From: a virus
Taxonomy: Duplodnaviria; Caudoviricetes
DNA: 44,078 bases
Reading direction: 5' to 3' (one strand)
Virus record (IMG/VR): IMGVR_UViG_3300030095_005636
Location: 1-44,078 of that record
Shown: one piece after another, positions 28,304 to 35,032 of the stretch
How the letters are laid out: each line of letters opens with the position of its first letter
How positions within the stretch are numbered: the first letter of the stretch is position 1
The notes under the pieces: generated by a model
Databases searched by the model: none
What the model was told of the DNA's origin: nothing
Seen by the model: the letters and a program-made list of their open reading frames with translations, nothing else
Program-made: the position numbers and the translations under genes

Positions 28304-28471
28304 ATGATGATACAATATAATGACAATATAGCACTTATTGAAGACCTTGAAGATTTACTGGGTCAATTACAAATGAATAAAGTTGCTCATGAAGAGGCTA
28401 TTATTACTTTAAACCATCTAGCAGATTTTTATTTAAATAATTTAGATGATATGAAGGGAGAAAAAAAATGA
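28304..28471 (+). CDS. 55-aa acidic hypothetical protein (not in ORF track)
   Basis: AACGAAAGGA RBS; ATGA overlap with 28468. Confidence 0.7.
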   Translation: MMIQYNDNIALIEDLEDLLGQLQMNKVAHEEAIITLNHLADFYLNNLDDMKGEKK

Positions 28472-28668
28472 CATCATATGAAAAATTTGTAAACAAATAT
28501 TATAGTCCATTAAAAGGATTTACAATAAAGAGTTTTAAATTAGAAGGGGATGAAGACAATTCTTTTCCAACTTTTATTCTGAAAAAAGGTAACGAAACTA
28601 TCAAAATATCTGTTAGCCGAGATGAAGAGGGTAATGGTGGTGGTTTTCTTTTTATAGAGGAGGCATAA
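28468..28668 (+). CDS. Hypothetical early protein
   Basis: GGAG RBS; C-terminal SRDEEGNGGGFLF motif. Confidence 0.7.
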   Translation: MTSYEKFVNKYYSPLKGFTIKSFKLEGDEDNSFPTFILKKGNETIKISVSRDEEGNGGGFLFIEEA

Positions 28669-28669
28669 A

Positions 28670-28876
28670 ATGACAATAGATTTACTCTCAAAACTGTACA
28701 TTAAATGGTGTGAAAAAGAAAAATTTACTGAAATTTTAAGTGCAGATGAAATGTACCTAACTAACCAAATAAAACACCCATATCAGTATTCTTGGTTAAT
28801 ACGATTTGGAGTATTATGGGATAAATTGGAAGAAAAAGGATATCAACAATATAAAGAAAGGAAGAATAATGTCTGA
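28670..28876 (+). CDS. Hypothetical early protein
   Basis: GAGGAGG RBS. Confidence 0.7.
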   Translation: MTIDLLSKLYIKWCEKEKFTEILSADEMYLTNQIKHPYQYSWLIRFGVLWDKLEEKGYQQYKERKNNV

Positions 28877-29081
28877 TAAATATTTTTGGGACGAAAAAAG
28901 TAAAGAAGAGGGAGATATTCTTGCTCATATAAATAACATACGACTCCTAGAATCTAATTTTGAAAATAAAATAGAAATTATTTTAAATGCCTCAAAATTA
29001 AAGAGAGATTTAAATATTTTTCTTCATTCTGACGAAGAACTTGAGTTAATTATTGAGGAAAATTCAAACATAAAACTGTAA
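28869..29081 (+). CDS. Hypothetical early protein
   Basis: GAAAGGA RBS before ATG 28869. Confidence 0.65.
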   Translation: MSDKYFWDEKSKEEGDILAHINNIRLLESNFENKIEIILNASKLKRDLNIFLHSDEELELIIEENSNIKL

Positions 29082-29578
29082 TGAATGAATCTCAACTTTG
29101 GAGTAAAATTAACCTATTCCAAAAACCAAAAAAAATGTGGCACTTTTGCAGAATTGAAAGTGCCACAATTCGTGGCATTCCAGATGTAAACTGTCTTATT
29201 GAAGGCAAGGAATTTTGGTTAGAATTAAAAGCAAATCAAGTCAAGAATTATGGAGTTTCAAACTTCCAAATTAATTGGCATTTAAAACGACAAAAATGTG
29301 GAGGGAAAGTTTTTGTCTTGCATTCGTGTACCAAGCAACGAGAACTCAAACTTCTCAGAGTCCAGAACCATATTTCGAGCAATCATATTCGCAATCATAC
29401 TGACAATCATACTCGCAATCATACTGACAATCATACTCACAATCATATTCGCAATCATATCACAAGCAACCATATTCTTGAACCAAGATTCGAGATTCTT
29501 GCTTCAATATCTTTTAATCAAAAAACGATCGCTTCATCTATATCGGAGCTGTTTAAAGCTTTACTTAAAAATTTGTAA
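29081..29578 (+). CDS. VRR-NUC / Holliday-junction-resolvase-like PD-(D/E)xK nuclease with in-frame repeat insert
   Basis: N-terminal E; RIE...GIPD...WLELK...S..Q..W.......GG..FVL motifs. Confidence 0.8.
   Translation: MNESQLWSKINLFQKPKKMWHFCRIESATIRGIPDVNCLIEGKEFWLELKANQVKNYGVSNFQINWHLKRQKCGGKVFVLHSCTKQRELKLLRVQNHISSNHIRNHTDNHTRNHTDNHTHNHIRNHITSNHILEPRFEILASISFNQKTIASSISELFKALLKNL
29366..29477 (+). repeat. 12-bp tandem repeat (core CAATCATA) x7 plus two degenerate copies
   Basis: CAATCATA at 29380, 29392, 29404, 29416, 29428, 29440 and 29452; AACCATA at 29366 and 29468. Confidence 0.9.
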
Positions 29579-29623
29579 ATTTCGCCAGGTGTTTCCAGGC
29601 ATTTAAAAAAAATATTTTATGTA

Positions 29624-29682
29624 TTGACATCTCCTATATAACATGGGATATTATAAGAGAACTAACGAAAGGTAAAAATAAA
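29624..29682 (+). promoter_or_regulatory. Early promoter with AACGAAAGG leader
   Basis: TTGACA 29624-29629, TATTAT about 29649, AACGAAAGG 29664-29672. Confidence 0.65.
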
Positions 29683-30291
29683 ATGGTTAATTATACTGGA
29701 ATCAATATTTCTCAAGGATCTGGAAAACTTGCAGAAATTCGCTCTATTAATACAAATACTTTGAGTAATTCATTTTGCATTAAACAAAATAAAAACAAAA
29801 ATTCAATTTGTAATAGTTGTTATTCAGTCAATATGTTGAAAACAATGAGAAAAAATTGTATTCCCTCATGGGAGCATAACAGTAATTTATTAAGTAATGT
29901 TATTATTCAAAATGAATTATTGCCTTCAATATTAGATGCATTTTTTAGATTTTCAAGTCATGGTGAATTAATTAATAATACTCATTTAATTAATTTAATA
30001 AATATCACTAACAAAAACGAACATTGCACTTTTACTTTATGGACTAAAAGAAAAGATATTATTAACAAAGTTTTTAAAACAATCAATAAACCAAAAAACT
30101 TAATTTTAATTTTTTCTAATAGTCAACTAGATAAACCAATTGAAGTATTGCCTCGATATTTTGATAAAACTTTTAACAATGTAACAAAAAATTTCACAGA
30201 AAAAAAGATTAATTGTTTTTCAAAATGTAAACAATGTTTAATTTGTTACAAACATAATAATATTAATCAAATCATAGAATATATAAAATGA
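29683..30291 (+). CDS. Gp88-like Cys-rich (radical-SAM-related) protein
   Basis: C...CNSCY, RFSSHGE, WTKR and C-terminal CxxxCxxCxxC. Confidence 0.6.
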   Translation: MVNYTGINISQGSGKLAEIRSINTNTLSNSFCIKQNKNKNSICNSCYSVNMLKTMRKNCIPSWEHNSNLLSNVIIQNELLPSILDAFFRFSSHGELINNTHLINLINITNKNEHCTFTLWTKRKDIINKVFKTINKPKNLILIFSNSQLDKPIEVLPRYFDKTFNNVTKNFTEKKINCFSKCKQCLICYKHNNINQIIEYIK

Positions 30292-30425
30292 AAAAAATAT
30301 TAATGTATAGAAATAAAGATAATCAATTATTAAATCCAAATAGTTTTAAAAGATTAAATGGAAATAAAAATTTGACTCAATCACAATTAAAACTTTTGAG
30401 ATTAACAAAGGAATATATAAAATGA
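30288..30425 (+). CDS. 45-aa basic hypothetical protein (not in ORF track)
   Basis: MKKILMYRNKDNQLLNPNSFKRLNGNKNLTQSQLKLLRLTKEYIK*; ATGA-coupled. Confidence 0.6.
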   Translation: MKKILMYRNKDNQLLNPNSFKRLNGNKNLTQSQLKLLRLTKEYIK

Positions 30426-30544
30426 AAAAAATCATATCGAAGCGCAATAATTTATTAAATTATTTTACTTGTGACCATAGGACCTTGACTCAATCATATT
30501 TAAAAAATTGTGAAAAGTTTTTTAAAAAAATAAACCAGGGTTAA
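30422..30544 (+). CDS. 40-aa basic hypothetical protein (not in ORF track)
   Basis: MKKIISKRNNLLNYFTCDHRTLTQSYLKNCEKFFKKINQG*; AAGGA RBS; ATGA-coupled. Confidence 0.6.
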   Translation: MKKIISKRNNLLNYFTCDHRTLTQSYLKNCEKFFKKINQG

Positions 30545-30670
30545 CATGATAATCATAGTGAAAATATTAGTAGTTATTTATTTAATCATAGCTTTTTTAA
30601 ATAAAGCTTGATTATCATATTATCATATCTTATTATCATATTATATTAACCAAAAACGAAAGGAAAAAAA

Positions 30671-30925
30671 ATGAGTAAATATTTAAAAATTAAAATATCA
30701 GATGTAAAAAGATATATAAAATATTATGAAGGTTTTTATAATATGGAATTAGATAAAGACGGATATAAGTATGTAATTGAAAATCTTATGCATGATTTAG
30801 ATTTAGATATATATAAAGATGATAAATACTATAATGACATATTATCATCATTACACAATTACGTTAAAGGTGGTAAATTTTACCCAATATATAATACTAA
30901 CCATAAAAACAAGGCCTTAAAATGA
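30671..30925 (+). CDS. Hypothetical early protein
   Basis: AACGAAAGGA leader at 30655. Confidence 0.7.
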   Translation: MSKYLKIKISDVKRYIKYYEGFYNMELDKDGYKYVIENLMHDLDLDIYKDDKYYNDILSSLHNYVKGGKFYPIYNTNHKNKALK

Positions 30926-31074
30926 ATATAAAGTTAAAACAAAAAGAGAAATTCTGGCATAATTGCGCCGTTGATGATTGTATTGACGTGGCCCAGGAAA
31001 CTATTGAATCTTTTGTTGGTTGCGACCAAATAGCTGATGAAGTTAGAATAGAACTCGAAAAACTAAAAAATTAA
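30922..31074 (+). CDS. 50-aa hypothetical protein (not in ORF track)
   Basis: MNIKLKQKEKFWHNCAVDDCIDVAQETIESFVGCDQIADEVRIELEKLKN*; ATGA-coupled. Confidence 0.6.
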   Translation: MNIKLKQKEKFWHNCAVDDCIDVAQETIESFVGCDQIADEVRIELEKLKN

Positions 31075-31084
31075 AAAAAAGTGC

Positions 31085-31150
31085 TTGACATTATCTTATT
31101 ATATTATATTATAATAAGTGACATAATAATAACTTAACGAAAGGAAAAAA
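31085..31150 (+). promoter_or_regulatory. Early promoter-leader cassette
   Basis: TTGACATTATCTTATTAT...TATAATAAGTGA...TAACTTAACGAAAGGA. Confidence 0.75.
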
Positions 31151-31408
31151 ATGTCAAACATTATTACATACAATAATAAAGAAATTAAATTACCATTCGA
31201 TGACCTGGACTATTCAAAGAAACCTTTGTCAATGGTAACCATTAAAAATATTTTTTCTGGTGAACCTGCCCAGGTGCCGCAATTTGCAGCTTCTGTTTAT
31301 GATTTTATAAACGGCTGCCAAATGACCGGAAATTATAAACATTATAATAAAGCCCTGGACTGGTTTAGAAAACATTTTCCCGAGCAATACATGGTTTTAT
31401 TAGACTAA
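31151..31408 (+). CDS. Hypothetical early protein
   Basis: N.FSGE....P....VYD.I.G...LDWFRKHFPEQYMVLLD. Confidence 0.75.
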   Translation: MSNIITYNNKEIKLPFDDLDYSKKPLSMVTIKNIFSGEPAQVPQFAASVYDFINGCQMTGNYKHYNKALDWFRKHFPEQYMVLLD

Positions 31409-31442
31409 AAAAAAAGGGCGCTTAACCATAGCGCCCTTTTTT
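31409..31442. terminator. Bidirectional intrinsic terminator
   Basis: A7-GGGCGCT-loop-AGCGCCC-T6 between convergent genes. Confidence 0.85.
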
Positions 31443-31444
31443 CT

Positions 31445-31480
31445 ATCATATAATCATATAATCATATAATCATATAATCA
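31445..31480 (+). repeat. 8-bp tandem repeat ATCATATA x4.5
   Basis: Exact tandem copies next to the terminator. Confidence 0.9.
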
Positions 31481-31702
31481 TTCAACCATACCTTCTATTG
31501 CTTCTTTAATAGATTTTTTATTATATATATATCCATCCGGAGTTTTTACTCCTTCAAGCGCAAAAACAATCATATCAATAGTTTTTTGCAAACCATTTTT
31601 TTCTAAACTTTTTTTTATTTCTGCATATAAATCTTCATCATTGTTTAAATGTAGTGAAACATTCCAGGCGTTTTTACTTCTATGACCATTATAAGTTTTC
31701 AT
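31478..31702 (-). CDS. Hypothetical early protein
   Basis: YNG.....WNVSL.L.NDE.LY phage motif. Confidence 0.7.
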   Translation of the reverse strand: MKTYNGHRSKNAWNVSLHLNNDEDLYAEIKKSLEKNGLQKTIDMIVFALEGVKTPDGYIYNKKSIKEAIEGMVE

Positions 31703-31887
31703 TTTTTTATAGTCCCTTCATTATTTTCATATTTAGTTTTATAAAATGTTAATGAAGATTTTATCAACTGATAACATAAATTAAATTCTTCATCTTCTTG
31801 AAAAAGATGTAAATTATCTTTCATTACATTTAATTGATTTTTTAAATCTTGATACTCTGTAATATCATTTATTAATCTAAAATTCAT
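31699..31887 (-). CDS. Hypothetical early protein
   Basis: AAGGA RBS; coupled. Confidence 0.6.
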   Translation of the reverse strand: MNFRLINDITEYQDLKNQLNVMKDNLHLFQEDEEFNLCYQLIKSSLTFYKTKYENNEGTIKK

Positions 31888-31909
31888 TTTTATATTCCTT
31901 AATTAATTA

Positions 31910-32125
31910 TTATTTAAAAACTTTGGTAATTTCTTTTTGAAAAGCCCAACAAATATACATCAAGCCATTTATAAAAAATATAAACATCATTGGATATATT
32001 ATTAAACCTTGAAATATATTAATATTAAAGCTTACTTCTATTAACATTGTTGCAAGTGCATAAACACACCAAAAACAACTCAATGAAAAAAGAGTTAAAA
32101 AGATTTTTAATTTAGTCCCTACCAT
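31910..32125 (-). CDS. Small two-TM membrane protein
   Basis: Two hydrophobic helices. Confidence 0.5.
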   Translation of the reverse strand: MVGTKLKIFLTLFSLSCFWCVYALATMLIEVSFNINIFQGLIIYPMMFIFFINGLMYICWAFQKEITKVFK

Positions 32126-32128
32126 AAT

Positions 32129-32160
32129 AAAAAAAAAGGGAAGGTTGTTAGCCTTCCCTT
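32129..32160 (-). terminator. Intrinsic terminator
   Basis: Minus strand: GGGAAGG-loop-CCTTCCC followed by a T run, just after the stop of 32168-32515. Confidence 0.75.
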
Positions 32161-32167
32161 TTCCCTT

Positions 32168-32515
32168 CTATTTATCAGTTAAAAATTCAAGAGCAATTGA
32201 AGTGATTTCTTTTACTCTATATTCATCGTAAGTTTCTTGACCAAATTTTGTACAAAATAAATCTTTGTCAAATCTTTTACTGTTTGATTCTTTACGATTT
32301 AAAATGCAATTCCCTTTTTTTGGGATTACAAAACTTACTTTATCAATTTTATGATAATCAAGAGTTTCAATAACCTGAGCTTTTGTTTGCTTAGCAATTA
32401 AAGCCCATTTTTTAGCCATTGTTTGTGCATGAAAAGCATCTATCATTAATTGAGTTTCATCGTTGGTTAGAAACTCATGTTGATAATTATACTTTGCTTT
32501 TTTTAATTGAGCCAT
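32168..32515 (-). CDS. Hypothetical early protein
   Basis: AACGAAAGGA leader; C-terminal KRFDK..F.......Y..Y. Confidence 0.75.
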   Translation of the reverse strand: MAQLKKAKYNYQHEFLTNDETQLMIDAFHAQTMAKKWALIAKQTKAQVIETLDYHKIDKVSFVIPKKGNCILNRKESNSKRFDKDLFCTKFGQETYDEYRVKEITSIALEFLTDK

Positions 32516-32585
32516 TTTTTTTCCTTTCGTTAAGTTAATATTAATGGTTCACTTATTATATTATATGATAATAAGATAATGTCAA
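32516..32585 (-). promoter_or_regulatory. Early promoter-leader cassette (inverted copy of 31085-31150)
   Basis: Minus strand reads TTGACATTATCTTATTATCATATAATATAATAAGTGAACCATTAATATTAACTTAACGAAAGGA. Confidence 0.75.
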
Positions 32586-32615
32586 ATAAAAAATAATAAA
32601 TAAAATAAAAAAAGA

Positions 32616-32690
32616 TGTTGACACCTATCTTATTATATCCTACTATAATAATGTCATTAATATTAACTTAACGAAAGGATTAAAAAATGA
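32616..32690 (+). repeat. ~75-bp promoter-leader direct repeat, copy 1
   Basis: TTGACA-17-TACTAT...AACGAAAGG..ATG; three mismatches versus 32849-32923. Confidence 0.9.
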
Positions 32691-32827
32691 TAGATGAAAG
32701 ATTAAAAACAAGTGCTTGGATGGACTTTTCTTGGAAAGTTATTCAAAGTGTTTCTGACCCAGTACACAGATATTCTTTAAATCAAGATTGGAATGCACTG
32801 GCTGAAAAATTAAAAGAAACGAAGTAG
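32687..32827 (+). CDS. 46-aa hypothetical protein (not in ORF track)
   Basis: MIDERLKTSAWMDFSWKVIQSVSDPVHRYSLNQDWNALAEKLKETK*, with its own promoter and RBS. Confidence 0.75.
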   Translation: MIDERLKTSAWMDFSWKVIQSVSDPVHRYSLNQDWNALAEKLKETK

Positions 32828-32848
32828 TTAAAAAAATAATAAGATAGG

Positions 32849-32923
32849 TGTTGACACCTATCTTATTATATCCTATTATAATAATGTCATTAATATTAAC
32901 TCAACGAAAGGCTTAAAAAATGA
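32849..32923 (+). repeat. ~75-bp promoter-leader direct repeat, copy 2
   Basis: TTGACA-17-TATTAT...AACGAAAGG..ATG. Confidence 0.9.
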
Positions 32924-33324
32924 CAGATAAAAAAGTTAAAGTTTATTATAACTTACATAAGAAGTGTTACTCAATCGTTTCTCTTGAAAAAGAGAACTAC
33001 GGCAAAGTAATTAAATATAGCAATGATGTTCCTTTAATTGATGTACAATTTAAAGTTTCAGAAAAGCTTAGACAAAAAGTTTTAAAAGAAAAAAGAAAAA
33101 ATGTACATGCTTATGTCGTAGGCACTCTAGTAAATGACTTTGAACTTAACACACCTATCAGGGTAGCTACCTATAATCCTTATAAATATAGTAGCTTTGT
33201 TGATGCATCGTCTAAGAAACCATTAGATAAAGCTAAACAAGTTTTACTTTCAAAAAGACATTTTGTTGATGACGATTTTAAGAAAGTGCATTTCAATGCA
33301 AGTCAGATATATTATGTAGCATAA
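32920..33324 (+). CDS. Conserved phage hypothetical protein
   Basis: VYYNLHK..YSI...VSE..RQKVL.EKRKNVHAYV...YNPY motif. Confidence 0.8.
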   Translation: MTDKKVKVYYNLHKKCYSIVSLEKENYGKVIKYSNDVPLIDVQFKVSEKLRQKVLKEKRKNVHAYVVGTLVNDFELNTPIRVATYNPYKYSSFVDASSKKPLDKAKQVLLSKRHFVDDDFKKVHFNASQIYYVA

Positions 33325-33325
33325 T

Positions 33326-33341
33326 TGTTTCACATGAAACA
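33326..33341. promoter_or_regulatory. parS: parS-like centromere site
   Basis: TGTTTCACATGAAACA, one mismatch from the chromosomal parS consensus TGTTTCACGTGAAACA; intergenic. Confidence 0.7.
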
Positions 33342-33363
33342 ATTGTAGAGCACTAAGACCATA

Positions 33364-33505
33364 CCATATCATAGCTTATTAACCCTTAGTAAGCTATGAT
33401 ATGGCGCTCTAGAAGGCTCATTTGCCGTTCTAACTACCCTTGAAGGTCAATTGACCTCAAGCACCCAGCCGGGCGGGGCGGTGTAACCTTTACCCCTAAA
33501 GGTTA
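33364..33505. repeat. Cluster of inverted repeats upstream of terL
   Basis: 15-bp stem 33364-33404, 14-bp palindrome 33444-33457, 9-bp stem 33484-33505. Confidence 0.8.
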
Positions 33506-33524
33506 AGTTAGATATATGTAAACA

Positions 33525-33553
33525 TTGCAATTTTATTCTAAGTTTGTTTTAAT
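33525..33553 (+). promoter_or_regulatory. Possible promoter for terL and head genes
   Basis: TTGCAA-17-TTTAAT. Confidence 0.4.
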
Positions 33554-33559
33554 GCATTT

Positions 33560-35032
33560 ATGAAATCTGAACTAATGCCCACAGATAAGCTGAGGCTCGA
33601 AGTAGAGAGGCTCTGGATAAAACACATCAAACTTTGTCAAGATCATTTTTTATATTTTGTTCAAGAGATATGGCCTGATTTTATATGTAGAAAAGAACGT
33701 GAAAGAAAAAAGTGGGGCCATCACCAAATTATTGCAGATCAGTTTACACAAATTGCAACCAACAGAAAAGGAAGGCTCATTATAAATATGCCTCCACGAC
33801 ATACTAAATCTGAATTTGCTTCTGTCTATTTTCCTGCGTGGATCATTGGCAAGTATCCAAAATTAAAAATTATGCAAGTTTCCCACAACACAGAATTAGC
33901 CGTGAGGTTTGGTTCTAAGGTTCGTAACATTATTGATTCAAGGGAGTATAAACAAATTTTTGGTGACGTGAAACTGCGTGAGGACTCCAAGGCAAAAGGA
34001 CGTTGGGAAACAAATCAAGGGGGCGAGTACTATGCTGCTGGAGTTGGAGCGAGTATCACGGGCCGTGGTGCGGATTTGTTGATTATAGATGACCCACACA
34101 CGGAGCAAGATTCTATGTCAGATTCTGCGATGGAACGTGCGTATGACTGGTACACTTCGGGTCCTCGACAACGACTACAACCTGGAGGCTCAATATTGTT
34201 GGTTATGACGAGATGGGCAGAGGATGATTTGACGGGCAGATTATTGAAGGCTCAAACGGAGCCTAAAGCAGATACATGGAAACAGATTTCATTTCCCGCG
34301 ATTCTCGATTCAGGGAACCCTGTTTGGCCAGAGTATTGGGAATTGTCAGAACTTGAAAAAATAAAAGCATCGGTACCGATTCGTAATTGGTCGGCTCAGT
34401 ATATGCAAGAGCCTACTTCTGAGGAGGGTGCAATTTTAAAACGAGAGTGGTGGCAACCTTGGAAAGGGCAGATACCGAATTTGATGCATGTCATACAAAG
34501 TTATGATACTGCATTTTCAAAAAAGGAGACTGCTGATTATTCTGCGATTACCACTTGGGGTGTATTTTTTCCAGAAGAGGGTGGAGCGCCTCACATGATT
34601 TTATTAGATGCCATACGAGGTAAGTATGATTTTCCAGAATTGAAAGCAGTGGCTTTAGATGCTAATAAATATTGGGAACCAGAGACCATTATTATAGAGC
34701 AAAAAGCGAGTGGAGAACCTTTGACTCAAGAGTTTAGAAGAATGGGTATACCGGTGGTTCCGTTTGTGCCGAGTAAGGGCAACGATAAATACACCAGAGT
34801 GAATGCATGCGCTCCTGTGTTTGAGAGTGGGCAAGTGTGGTATCCTCATGGAGAAAAATTTGCAGATGATGTTATGGATGAATGCGCTTCGTTTCCGCAT
34901 GGTGCAAATGATGATTATGTTGATTCTACTACCCAAGCTGTGTTAAGGTATCGCCAAGGGAACTTTATTGAGTTATACTCAGATTATGTAGATAACGAAG
35001 ATTTACCCCCAAAGGAGTATTCATATTACTAA
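33560..35032 (+). CDS. terL: Terminase large subunit
   Basis: MPPRHTKS (Walker A), LLIIDDP (Walker B), SYDTA nuclease Asp, DDYVDS C-terminal motif. Confidence 0.95.
   Translation: MKSELMPTDKLRLEVERLWIKHIKLCQDHFLYFVQEIWPDFICRKERERKKWGHHQIIADQFTQIATNRKGRLIINMPPRHTKSEFASVYFPAWIIGKYPKLKIMQVSHNTELAVRFGSKVRNIIDSREYKQIFGDVKLREDSKAKGRWETNQGGEYYAAGVGASITGRGADLLIIDDPHTEQDSMSDSAMERAYDWYTSGPRQRLQPGGSILLVMTRWAEDDLTGRLLKAQTEPKADTWKQISFPAILDSGNPVWPEYWELSELEKIKASVPIRNWSAQYMQEPTSEEGAILKREWWQPWKGQIPNLMHVIQSYDTAFSKKETADYSAITTWGVFFPEEGGAPHMILLDAIRGKYDFPELKAVALDANKYWEPETIIIEQKASGEPLTQEFRRMGIPVVPFVPSKGNDKYTRVNACAPVFESGQVWYPHGEKFADDVMDECASFPHGANDDYVDSTTQAVLRYRQGNFIELYSDYVDNEDLPPKEYSYY

Noticed and set aside
29366-29477. 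Possible CRISPR or mini-array
   Set aside because: Units are 12-bp tandem repeats with no unique spacers, and no cas genes are present. The Cas4-like ORF 12667 is an ordinary phage exonuclease.
29282-29606. Alternative-frame ORFs 29282-29473(-) and 29298-29606(+)
   Set aside because: They are by-products of the stop-free 12-bp repeat, lack an RBS, and overlap the resolvase-like gene.
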